Source: an uncultured Planctomycetota bacterium
GTDB lineage: Bacteria > Planctomycetota > Planctomycetia > Isosphaerales > Isosphaeraceae
Direction of reading: 5' to 3'
NCBI GenBank assembly: GCA_963845755.1
Contig: CAWJTV010000028.1
Span: forward strand, 352,001 to 416,000
Length of the DNA: 64,000 nt
A model generated the notes under the pieces. The model had not been told where the DNA came from and ran no database searches. It saw nothing but the letters and a program-made list of their open reading frames with translations. The position numbers and the translations under genes were made by a program. Numbering within the stretch: the first letter of the stretch is position 1; each line of letters opens with the position of its first letter. Positions 1 to 10,133 of the stretch are shown here, piece after piece.

Positions 1-642
1 CTCGGGGCAAACTTCGGCTCGACGATCACCGCCGCGCCCACGAATTACGTGGGCAGTCAGGGCGACATGCAGAACAACACGATCTTCGACTACCTCTGCG
101 TCGACCCCGCCCAGATCGCCTTCAAGGCGACCAACGGCTACGCGAGCAACGGCTGCACCCCCGGCGGCGACCCGAACTGGGTCGGGCCCTCGGCTCCCTT
201 CCGCGGGATCTTCGGCGATTGCTCCTGGGCGGCCTCCATCAAGATTGCCGGGATCACGGACGGGACCAGCAACACGATGATGATCGGCGAGAATTCGCCC
301 AACCTCAACAGCGGGTTGGCCTGGGTGTCGGGCAATGACATCTACGCGACGACCATCTTACCCATGAACTGGATGACCAACATCCGGGACAATCAGGTCA
401 ACCCGTCCACCGGCGAGATTTGTACGCCGGCCGCATGGAACCCGTCCCAACCGACGCAGTTCACCCACTGTTTCAACAACCAGTGGTACTACCAGGGTTT
501 CAAGAGTTTCCATCCCGGCGGATCCAACTTTGGCTTCTGCGACGGCTCGGTCAAGTTCCTCAAGCAGTCGATCAACGTCCGGACCTACATGGCACTGAGT
601 ACGCGGGCCGGTGGTGAAATTGTCTCCTCTGACTCCTATTGA
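1..642 (+). CDS. DUF1559 (prepilin-type, H-X9-DG) protein, C-terminal part; starts upstream of window
   Basis: [13 protein letters not shown] and HPGGSNFGFCDGSVKF...LSTRAGGEIVSSDSY motifs typical of DUF1559 C-termini. Confidence 0.93.
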   Translation, partial: LGANFGSTITAAPTNYVGSQGDMQNNTIFDYLCVDPAQIAFKATNGYASNGCTPGGDPNWVGPSAPFRGIFGDCSWAASIKIAGITDGTSNTMMIGENSPNLNSGLAWVSGNDIYATTILPMNWMTNIRDNQVNPSTGEICTPAAWNPSQPTQFTHCFNNQWYYQGFKSFHPGGSNFGFCDGSVKFLKQSINVRTYMALSTRAGGEIVSSDSY

Positions 643-664
643 CCGTGGCACAGGAGATCTATTC

Positions 665-1240
665 ATGCAGACGCGAACCTGGATTTGCATGGCCTGCGCC
701 TTCGCGATCGCGGGGTGCGGGGCTGACAACGGCCTGACGATGGGACGGGTCTCCGGACTCGTGACCTACAACGGCGAGCCGGTCGAGCTCGGCGAGGTGC
801 TGTTCTTGCCCGACTCCGAGAAAGGCAATAGCGGCGTCCCCTCGATGGGCGCGATCGGGAAGGACGGCCGGTACACAATGTCGACCCAGGATGCGGGAGA
901 CGGCGTGATCGCAGGCCACCACAAGGTCGGGATTCGTGCCCTCGATCCCGAGCCGGTGAGCAAGGATTCCGCTTCCCCGACCGTTGCCGAGGACCCCGGG
1001 AAATCCGACCTGATGGCAGCAAAGCTCAAGCAAAGGCGAAGCCTGGCCGTGAGCAAGAGAAAGAACCGGGCCAAACAAGGTGCCCCCACGGTCAGCTTCG
1101 GCGCGACGGTCCATCGGTTCCTGGCCCCCGAAAAGCTGGCCAATCCCGAGACTTCGGGGATTCGCGTACAGATTCCCCGGGGATCCAACCGAGTGAACTT
1201 CGCCATCCAGGAGGATGGGACCGTCAAGGTCGAGCAATAA
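665..1240 (+). CDS. Planctomycete lipoprotein, carboxypeptidase-regulatory-like domain (usual DUF1559 partner)
   Basis: SD caggag before ATG 665; lipobox IAGC; VSGLVTYNGEP...F.P...G.I..DGRY...G.H.V pattern. Confidence 0.8.
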   Translation: MQTRTWICMACAFAIAGCGADNGLTMGRVSGLVTYNGEPVELGEVLFLPDSEKGNSGVPSMGAIGKDGRYTMSTQDAGDGVIAGHHKVGIRALDPEPVSKDSASPTVAEDPGKSDLMAAKLKQRRSLAVSKRKNRAKQGAPTVSFGATVHRFLAPEKLANPETSGIRVQIPRGSNRVNFAIQEDGTVKVEQ

Positions 1241-1643
1241 ACTGATCGATCGAGTCACGGGCCGGGTTACTACGCCGGAGCTAACGTCGTGCGACCCGGT
1301 CCGCTGATCGAGTTCATGCCGAGCGGGGGTATGACGGCAACGACTTACTTCCGACAAGAGCGGTTCACGATGGAGTCGGGCGCGCGCCACACGAGCCGGA
1401 CGCGCCAGCGAGGACTTCTAGGCCGATTCCTCGATGTCTCGTCGGGTAAGTTGGGTGATCCGGATTGCGACGGTATGCGCAACCCATTCGAGAAGCGCTC
1501 TACCCTCAAGCTGGGAGCGGCTTTTTAGTACCGGCTCAAACCAGAATCGAGATCACCCTGAAAGCGTGGCGGACAGGATCGTGTGTCTGCATCGATGTCC
1601 CGGCAGCTCTCTCGAGGATCCGGTAGATCATCGCGCCTCGGTC

Positions 1644-4271
1644 CTACCGCTGTCCGTCATCAACATCAACCAACCCGACGTCCACGCCCTGACCGCCGCC
1701 GGTCTGATGGCAGTGTACGGCCAGCAGGACCTTCCCTCCGGGCTTGAGCCACTCTCGGGCCGCAGCACGAATCTCCGCCGTCTGGTAACTCGTCAGGTAG
1801 CCCGACTCCTTGGCCGCGAGGATGCCGTTGATGAAGACCTCGATACCTTCGTCGTGGTAGGTGAGGAGCTGGATGCGGGAAGGGTCCGACCCGCCTGGCA
1901 GCGTCACCTCCCGGCGCAGCCAGATGTCGGGGGTATTCCAGGTCGTGCCGATGACCGCGCCGGGCGTTCCCCGAGTGCCGAAACCGCCGGGGCCCTCCTT
2001 CCATCCGCGGTCATCGAAATCAGGCCTCGACCAGTTGTCGTCGGGCCTCTGGAACGTGAACCGCCATGCGACCGGCTGCCGTCGAGATGTCGCAACCAGC
2101 TCGGTCAGCTTCGGCGGAGTCGGCGCGGGGGCGTACTCACCGATCGCGGCTCGATCGTCGCCGGCCCACTTCTTCCACATCGCCGGGTCCTCGAGCATCT
2201 TGATGAACACACCCCCGATGACCGGTCGGGCACGCATGCCATCGCTCCGGGGATTGTCGGTGTAATACGAGTGGACGAACGGCAATCGTGCGGTCGTTGC
2301 ATTCAGGTAGTCGTAGATCGGTGAGACGATCGCTTCGAAGTCGGTTCGATTACCAGCCATCGTCGCGCTCCAGAAGCACCAGTCCGCCTTCGTGAGCCTG
2401 GTGCGGGAATCCAGCGGCACCCCGTAGCGCTGAATTCTCGTCTTGTAGTAGGCGACCTCCTGCTGGGCGACCTCCGGCGGGAAGACGTTGAGGTCCAGGA
2501 GCTTGTCCCAGACGAGGTTGTACTTCTGACTCCAGGTCTTCGGCTTGTCGAACGCGATTCGGTAATGGTCGCCGTCAGCGGCCATCTTCATCCAGTGGCG
2601 CGCGTACTCTCGGGCTAGAGACGAAAACTTCGCGCTCGCCGCATCATCACCGCGCATCCGGCAGAGCTCGCCGTAGGCGGCGATGGCCAGGATGGCCTTG
2701 ACCGATAGGTTAGCGTTGTGGGCCAGGTGGCCCATGAAATCGTCGGTACAGAGTTGGTTCTCGGGGTCCTCGCCGTATTTCTCGAGGTAGGCTTCCCATC
2801 TGGTTAATTGTGTCCACCACTTCGAAGCGAAGCCAGCATTTCCCTCCATCTTCGCAATCGCGGCGCAGAGCAAGATCAGGTTGGCGCTCTCCTCGACCGG
2901 CATCATGTCGGCCTCGTTCTTCGACTCCTCGCCACCGCCGTAGACCTGTCCGTTGGCCTGGGGATAGGTGCCGATGTCGTGGGGCGCGAACGGGAACTTC
3001 CAGCGCGGGGACGTGCTGTAAACCAGGGCCGGGGCGACCAGGGCCTTCACGTACGTCGGGCCCATCAGGAGAAACTGAGGCGCGGCAGGGTAGATCACAT
3101 CGACCGTGGCGATGCAGCCGTTGCTGCTGTTCTCCTTGGCGAAGAACATCGGCTGCTTGTTGGCGTCGGCCGCGAGGCCGCAACCGGCCAGCGCCTGGCG
3201 GTAGGCCAATGCGGCCATCTGGGCATACCGCTCGCCTCCCGCCTTGGTCAGGTCGTTCATGAGTGCTGTGTCGAACATGTCGCAGTGCGACATCAGGCGA
3301 AGGTAATCTTGCTCGGCATCCCGAATCAGATCGGTAATGTTGGCTCCGTTTCGACGCCAGTACGGCCGCAGCTTCTGTCCCAGGAACTTGATGGAATAGA
3401 TCTCGTCGTAGGCGATCATCAGGTGACGCGAGACCGGTTCGACGACGACACGGCCGAGATCGAAGACGAATGCCAGGCAAGGCTGCCGATCGTTGGCGGC
3501 GCGGGGCATCTGGATGTCGTCGTGCTCCACGATCGTGCCGTGCTCGACGAATTCCTTGAGCAATTCCGAGCTCGCCCCGATCGTCGCCTTGACCTGATCC
3601 GATGGTGCCGCGGCATAGGCATAGCCCCAATCGATCCGGGTCTCGTCGCCGGCCGGCTGGAGGAGCGTCTGGTCAACCGTCCCGACCCGCAGCGCCGTCA
3701 ATCCGCGGACAGGGATGCGTGCCCACTCAACCTCTTGTTCCGGCGAATTCACGGCCAGGAGCGCACTGGTGCTGTCGTAAATCGAGACGGTGTGGCTGGC
3801 GCCGTCAACCGATCGGACGTCCCATGTGAGATACGTCAGTGGGCGCGCGAGTACGTCGAGCTTTCCCGGCAAGGCTGGCGTCAGGAATGTGAGCGTGACG
3901 TGGACATGACCGTCGTCGAAGTCATACACGCTTCGGGTCGGATAGACTTTCACGCCAACCTGCTTCATGGCGGGGACGTCCTTGGGATCGGTCCCCATCA
4001 GCCGGTACGACCTGCCGTCGATGCGGATCAAGCTGATGAGGGGATGTTCCCTTCGCGTCCAGTGCCGCGTATTGGCGTCGGTCAGGCGATCGGCACACGA
4101 CCAGATGCTCAGATACGGATTGCTCACGACCACCGGCACGGCCGGCGGCCGGAATGGATGATCCCGACCCGGCGGCTCAGCGCGAACCGTGGTGATGAGC
4201 GCGGCCAGGAACACACCCGCGATGCTCCCGGCACGGGTAGCACATTCGATCGATCTTGGGAAATGAAGCAT
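1644..4271 (-). CDS. Glutaminase A-like (DUF4965/DUF5127/DUF1793) protein with C-terminal galactose-binding-like domain
   Basis: 875 aa; signal peptide; RPPAVPVVVSNPYLSIWS, KENSSNGCIATVDV, PVEESAN, NQLCTDDFMG, WSQKYNLVWD motifs; C-terminal PDFDDRGWKEGPGGFG...DIWLRR. Confidence 0.85.
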   Translation of the reverse strand: MLHFPRSIECATRAGSIAGVFLAALITTVRAEPPGRDHPFRPPAVPVVVSNPYLSIWSCADRLTDANTRHWTRREHPLISLIRIDGRSYRLMGTDPKDVPAMKQVGVKVYPTRSVYDFDDGHVHVTLTFLTPALPGKLDVLARPLTYLTWDVRSVDGASHTVSIYDSTSALLAVNSPEQEVEWARIPVRGLTALRVGTVDQTLLQPAGDETRIDWGYAYAAAPSDQVKATIGASSELLKEFVEHGTIVEHDDIQMPRAANDRQPCLAFVFDLGRVVVEPVSRHLMIAYDEIYSIKFLGQKLRPYWRRNGANITDLIRDAEQDYLRLMSHCDMFDTALMNDLTKAGGERYAQMAALAYRQALAGCGLAADANKQPMFFAKENSSNGCIATVDVIYPAAPQFLLMGPTYVKALVAPALVYSTSPRWKFPFAPHDIGTYPQANGQVYGGGEESKNEADMMPVEESANLILLCAAIAKMEGNAGFASKWWTQLTRWEAYLEKYGEDPENQLCTDDFMGHLAHNANLSVKAILAIAAYGELCRMRGDDAASAKFSSLAREYARHWMKMAADGDHYRIAFDKPKTWSQKYNLVWDKLLDLNVFPPEVAQQEVAYYKTRIQRYGVPLDSRTRLTKADWCFWSATMAGNRTDFEAIVSPIYDYLNATTARLPFVHSYYTDNPRSDGMRARPVIGGVFIKMLEDPAMWKKWAGDDRAAIGEYAPAPTPPKLTELVATSRRQPVAWRFTFQRPDDNWSRPDFDDRGWKEGPGGFGTRGTPGAVIGTTWNTPDIWLRREVTLPGGSDPSRIQLLTYHDEGIEVFINGILAAKESGYLTSYQTAEIRAAAREWLKPGGKVLLAVHCHQTGGGQGVDVGLVDVDDGQR

Positions 4272-4994
4272 ACCGATCCCCCTCGAGGCTGGTCGTGTGC
4301 GGCGGTGTCATCGGCTCAAAGATACTCTCCTCCGAACGGGCCTTCAATCGAATCGCCATCTCGCGAACGCCTTACGGGCTGGGTGCGATCTCTTCAACCG
4401 CCGCATCCGGACCGGTACGGGCTGGTTGCAGGCCAGTCGCTTTGCTCCAGCCGGTCCCCTCCGGCATCGTCGCACGCCCGCGCGGAAGAATGAGGATCGT
4501 CGAATATCACTCGAATTCGTGAACCCGAATCTCCTTGACGGCAACGCCCTTCGATCGATAGGATTCCTTGACACCACAAACGGGGTATCCCCGATCCGAG
4601 GTTCTTATGCTCAGTCTCCGATACGTCAACTCTCATTCTGAGCACGACCTCTTCATTCGCCTCTTCCTCACTGGTGGCGGCGGCTGGTGATTCTCCGACC
4701 CTGCGGCGCACCCTTCTCGGCATCGCGTCTGCTCCGTCGCCGCTGAGTTCGAGCGATCCCCCTTGCGATTTGCAAGGGCGGTCGTGCGTTCAGCACGGCT
4801 TGCCGAGCAAAGCCGCGATCCGCGAGGACCGTCCGATTCGACGCAAGGCGTTCTAGCACAATCACATCTGGAATTCACGCGAGTTTTGGCACACCGAATG
4901 CATTTCGACGAGGTGCAGTCGTCGATGGCAGTTGATGGCGCCGAGACGGCCACCGAGGCGAGTCAGGGTCGGGTCTGGAAAGGAGATCAGGCAC

Positions 4995-5465
4995 ATGCTC
5001 AAGCGATCGGTTCTTGTGGTGGTTGCGGCAATGTCGGCCGCGTCTTTTGCCGGATGCGGCAACGCATCGGGCCGATTCCCCGTGTCGGGCAAGGTACTGT
5101 ACCACGGCGAGCCGGCGACGGGGGCTGTCGTTTACTTCCACCGCCAGATGGAGCCCGGCTCGCCGAGCGAGTCGATCCCTTACGGCATCGTGGAAGACAA
5201 CGGCAGCTTCCAGCTTTCGTCCGACGGCACCGGCAACGGTGCGCGTCCTGGGTCTTATCACGTCCTCGTCGAGTGGCGGGACGGCTCCGGAGACCGCGTC
5301 GACGCGCCGACGCGCCAGGGCAGGCCCAAGCAGGTCAAGCGCGTTCGCTTCCGATCGGGCACCGATCGACTCAAGGGCCGCTATTTCGACATCAACAAGC
5401 CTTTGCTCCGCACCGAGGTCAAGGCGGAGCCCAATCGGCTCGATCCTTTTGAGCTGACCGACTGA
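4995..5465 (+). CDS. Planctomycete lipoprotein, carboxypeptidase-regulatory-like domain
   Basis: SD aaggag; lipobox FAGC; PVSGKVLYHGEPATGAVVYFH...GARPGSY.V. Confidence 0.8.
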   Translation: MLKRSVLVVVAAMSAASFAGCGNASGRFPVSGKVLYHGEPATGAVVYFHRQMEPGSPSESIPYGIVEDNGSFQLSSDGTGNGARPGSYHVLVEWRDGSGDRVDAPTRQGRPKQVKRVRFRSGTDRLKGRYFDINKPLLRTEVKAEPNRLDPFELTD

Positions 5466-5555
5466 ATCACAACGAGAATGTCCGACTTGTCTTCGGGTTA
5501 CATGAACCCCGCGGAAATGACAAAGATTCCTGGTTACTGGCTTGGAGAACCTCCG

Positions 5556-6698
5556 ATGAAACGAGTTCGCGCCGTGAGAGGCCGTACTTCCGGCTTCACT
5601 TTGATCGAGCTCCTGGTGGTGATCGCGATCATCTCCGTACTGATCGCACTGCTCTTACCCGCCGTCCAGGCTGCGCGCGAGGCCGCCCGGCGAGCGCAGT
5701 GCATCAACAACCTCAAACAGATTGGGTTGGCGACTTTGAACTTCGAGAGCACCTACGGCACTCTGCCGGCCAAAGGTTTGCGGCTTGCCGTGGCGGATCC
5801 CAACGCGGACGCCCAGGCGGCGATCCCGACGGTCGCGGCGTCCTACCTGACCCAGATCCTGCCCTACATGGATCAATCGGTCATCTACAATCAGATCAAC
5901 CTGTATCAGGCGTCGTCCGATACAGCCAACATTCCGCCATCCACGGGCTTGCATTCGGGTCTGAACTCGGTGTACTCCGTGGCGATCAACACGTTCATCT
6001 GCCCATCCTCCCCGGGACCGGCGACGATGAATTACTACAACGCGTTTTGGGGACCGTATGGCGATGGTGGCGGTGACGTCTGCACGCCGGGCGCTCCGGG
6101 CCCAGGTGGTGGCGTAACCAACCTAAATCCGCCTCCGATGCAGATCTGGGGCCGAACCGATTACTTCCCGATTCCCGGCTTGCACAACACGGCGCTCCAG
6201 GCCGCGGGCATGAGCCCAGCGTACATCGCCATCGTCGGCGAGGGCAGGGACTCGGGGACCATCACCGATCCGCTGATCACGGGCACGATCCGGCTGGCCT
6301 CGATCACGGATGGGACCTCGAACACGCTGTACGTCTCGGAATGCGGATCCAAGCCGATCGGCTACAACGGATTCCGCCAGATCTACCGGTCCGAGGTGGA
6401 TGGCCTGCCGGTCAACGGGGTCATCGAGCCCGTGAGCTCGGGCGGCGGTGCCTGGGCCGACCACTTCACCTACTCGAGCCTGGCCGGTGCCCAGGGCCGT
6501 CAGAACGGCATTCGCGGCGGCACGTGCATGGTCAACTGCACGAGCAACAACGAGATCTACGCGTTCCACCCCGGCGGGGCAAATGCCCTGTTCGTAGACG
6601 GCTCCGTCCATTTCATCAAGGACGTCGCGTCGGTCCAGTTGGTCGCCGCGCTGGTCACTCGGGCCGGCGGTGAGATCATCAGTTCCGACCAATATTAA
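5556..6698 (+). CDS. DUF1559 domain protein (prepilin-type N-terminal cleavage/methylation, H-X9-DG)
   Basis: [14 protein letters not shown]...[43 protein letters not shown]. Confidence 0.95.
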   Translation: MKRVRAVRGRTSGFTLIELLVVIAIISVLIALLLPAVQAAREAARRAQCINNLKQIGLATLNFESTYGTLPAKGLRLAVADPNADAQAAIPTVAASYLTQILPYMDQSVIYNQINLYQASSDTANIPPSTGLHSGLNSVYSVAINTFICPSSPGPATMNYYNAFWGPYGDGGGDVCTPGAPGPGGGVTNLNPPPMQIWGRTDYFPIPGLHNTALQAAGMSPAYIAIVGEGRDSGTITDPLITGTIRLASITDGTSNTLYVSECGSKPIGYNGFRQIYRSEVDGLPVNGVIEPVSSGGGAWADHFTYSSLAGAQGRQNGIRGGTCMVNCTSNNEIYAFHPGGANALFVDGSVHFIKDVASVQLVAALVTRAGGEIISSDQY

Positions 6699-6706
6699 TA
6701 GTAAAC

Positions 6707-8775
6707 ATGTATACTATGTGGCTCAAACTGATCGGCACATTCCTCATTCTGGCGTTCACGATCGGCTGCCATCGAGTCGAACCCGGCCCGGCCGCAACCG
6801 GCGCGGGCCGGGTTCCCGATTCGATCGCGGCTCCTGGACCTCTCGTCGGCAAGACATCCACGGACTTCGACGACCCACCTCGGCGGCCTACGCCAGTGTA
6901 TTCGAAGGAGGTCGCGCCGATAATCGAACAGTATTGCCTGAGGTGTCACGACGAGGCGGCCTCTGAAGGGAGAATCGTCCTGGATCGTTTCCACGACGAG
7001 GTTCCCGATCCGAAACAGAGATCACTCCTGTTGCGCGTGGCCGACGCCCTGCGCTCGGAGAGAATGCCGCCGGAGGGTGAGCCGCGCATCGAGCCCGAGG
7101 CACGCGAAACCCTCGACGCCTGGCTCGATGCTATTCTGGAACCAGACGACCCTGCCCGCGGGCACGTCACACTCCGCCGCCTCAACCGCGCCGAGTACAA
7201 CAACACGATCCGCGACCTGATCGGCCTCGACCTGCGTCCGGCCGATGAATTCCCGGCCGATGATCTCGGTTATGGGTTCGACAACATCGGCGATGTGCTC
7301 GCAACCCCGCCGATTCTGGTCGAGATGTACCTGGCTTCCGCGGAGACCGTAATCGCCGCCGCGTTCCGATCGCCCGAGGTCTTCGCGCGAATCATGAACC
7401 CGTCTGCCAATGCCATCCCCCTGGCTTTCCGGCGATACCGGCCGCCGGTCCGCTCACCACGGGACGATAAAGTCCTCCGAATTGCGAAAGCCGACCCGGA
7501 CCCGGACCTGACCCGACAGCAACGGATCTACGACATCCTACGCGGGTTCGCCGATCGGGCATTCCGTCGGCCCGCCACGCACGATGAGTTGATGCGTCTT
7601 CTGGGGATCGTTCTCTCGGCCGAGTCGGATGGCGACAGCGCGGAATCGGCCATCCGGCGCGGCCTTGAGGCGGTGCTCGTGTCGCCTCATTTTCTCTTCC
7701 GCGTCGAGCTGGAACGCGAGGGACACTCATCAGGCGCACGCCTGCCCGAGAACGATTTCGATCTCGCCTCCCGACTCTCTTACTTCTTGTGGAGCAGCAT
7801 GCCCGATGAAGAGCTGCTTCGTCTGGCGGCTCAGGGATTGCTCCGTCGTCGAGGGAACCTTCAAGCGCAGGTTGGGCGAATGCTTCGCGATCCCCGCGCG
7901 ACACTGCGCTGGCCGAGAACTTCGGCGGTCAGTGGCTCCAGACTCGCAAGTTGAAGGAGTGTGCGCCTGACCCGGTGCTCTTCCCCGATTTCGACGAATC
8001 GCTCAGATCGGCAATGATCGAGGAAACGCGGCTCTTCTGCGTGTCGATCCAGGACGAGGACCGCAGCGTGCTCGATTTCCTCGATGCCGATTACTCGTTC
8101 GTCAACGAGCGACTCGCGCGGCACTACGGGATCTCCGGTGTGCGCGGCGAAGGATTTCGACGAGTGACGTTCACCGACACGCCACGGGGCGGCGTTTTGA
8201 CCCAGGCGAGTATTCTGACGGCGACGTCCAACCCAACCCGGACATCCCCCGTGAAACGCGGGAAGTGGATCCTGGAGAACATTCTGGGCACAGCGCCGGC
8301 GCCACCGCCCTCGGGCGTGGAGGCCCTCAAGGACGCCGCGGGTTCGGGGTCACCGGGCACGCTCCGCGCGCGGATGGAGCGACACCGGACCGATCGGGCC
8401 TGCGCGTCCTGCCACCAGCGCATGGACCCACTCGGCTTCGGCCTCGAGAATTTCGACGCCATCGGCACCTGGCGGACTCACGATGGAGGCCAGTCGGTCG
8501 ATCCGTCCGGGAAGCTCCCCGGAGGGACTGAGTTCCGAGGACCGGTCGAACTCCGGGCCTCCCTGCGGTCGCTCCGTGATGCGTTCGCCCGGTGTCTCGC
8601 CGAGAAGATGCTCACCTACGCCCTAGGTCGCGGCCTCGACCGGGACGACCGTCGCGCCGTCGACCGGATCGTCGCGAGGCTCGCCCGCGACGGATACCGA
8701 TACTCGGCCCTCGTGATCGCCATCGTCGAGAGCAAGCCGTTTCGATCACCCCATACGACGGGAGCGAATCCATGA
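6707..8775 (+). CDS. Planctomycete cytochrome c / DUF1587-1592-1588-1585 (PSD) protein; frameshift near 7903
   Basis: CLRCH and CASCH heme motifs; LRRLNRAEYNNTIRDL, LASRLSYFLWSSMPD, TSPVKRGKWIL; ORFs 6707-7954 and 7951-8775 join via DPRA|ALAENFGGQWL. Confidence 0.88.
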
Positions 8776-10113
8776 GGAGTTCCTCGAGAATCACGAGGCG
8801 CACCGCCTTGAGGGGTCTGGGCGTGTCGTTGGCCTTGCCGCTCCTCGAAGCGATGGATTCCCCGCGCTTGCACGCGGAACTGACTGATCGGGAAGATCCG
8901 CCGCTCCGATTGGCGTTCGTCTACGTCCCTAACGGCGTCCACATGCCCGACTGGACGCCGAACTCGGTCGGCGCGCGCTGGGAGCTGCCGCCGATCCTAG
9001 AACCGCTGCGCGCGGTTAAGGACGACATCCTCGTCCTCAGTGGGTTGACCCTGAACCCGGCGCGCTGCGCTCGGCGACGGCGGCGGCGACCACGCCCGTG
9101 CGATGGCCAGCTTCCTGACGGGAAGACATCCACGGAAGACAGATGGTGTCGACATCCGCGCCGGGGTCTCCGTGGACCAGTTGGCGGCGCAATCGATCGG
9201 GCGTGCCACTCGATTCCCTTCACTGGAGCTGGGCTGCGAAGGGGGCAAGAATGCCGGCGAGTGCGACCACGGCTATAGCTGTGCCTACCAGTCCAACCTC
9301 TCCTGGCAAGGGGAATCGACGCCCGTTGCCAAGCAGATCAATCCCCGGCTCGTCTTCGACCGCCTCTTCGACCGCCCAAGCGGAACCGATGCCGCGCAGG
9401 CCGACCGCCGGCGCAAGAGCATCCTCGACTTCGTCACGGAGGACTCGCGACAGCTCCATCAAGTACTCGGCGCCCCCGATCGTCGCAAGCTGGATGAATA
9501 CCTCAATGGCGTCCGGGAGATCGAGCAACGGATCACTCGCGCCCGGCCCGCAGTTGATCTGGGCGGAATGACCTATCCGCGACCGCTCGGCATCCCGGCC
9601 GATTACCAGGAGCACCTCCGGCTGATGGCCGACCTGCTCGCGCTGGCGTTCCAGGCGGACCTCGTGCGGATTGCGACCTTCGTCTTCGCCAACGACGGCA
9701 GCAATCGCAGTTATCGAAACATCGGTGTCTCCGATGGCCACCACGACCTCTCGCACCACGGCGGCGACGTGGACAAACAGCATCGAATCCGAAAAATCAA
9801 TCAATTTCACGTCGCGCAGTTGGCCTACCTCCTGCAGAAGCTGAAGTCGATCCCTGAGGGATCCGGAACCCTGCTGGACCACAGCCTCATCGTCTACGGC
9901 AGCGGCATCAGCGACGGCAACACACACGCTCACGACGACCTGCCGATCCTCGTGGCCGGCCGGGGCAATAGGACCATCAAGACCGGCCGGCACATCCGCT
10001 TCCCCAAGGAGACGCCCTTGACCAATCTCTACGTCTCGATGCTCGACCGCGCGGGCGTCAACGTCCCGAGTATTGGCGACAGCACCGGCCCGCTCCCGAG
10101 ACTGCGAGGATAA
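8772..10113 (+). CDS. DUF1552 (HXXSHH) protein; frameshift near 9066
   Basis: ATGA overlap with upstream gene; TRRTALRGLGVSLALPLLEAM, FVYVPNGV, HHDLSHH, LLDHSLIVYGSGISDGNTH. Confidence 0.9.
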
Positions 10114-10133
10114 GTTCGGATGCCGAGATTTGG

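Noticed and set aside
2808..4493. Long antisense or alternate-frame ORFs (e.g. 2808-4493, 10902-12659, 17074-17934, 39026-40738, 56799-58505, 62021-63412)
   Set aside because: Shadow ORFs of GC-rich genes with clear family motifs on the opposite strand
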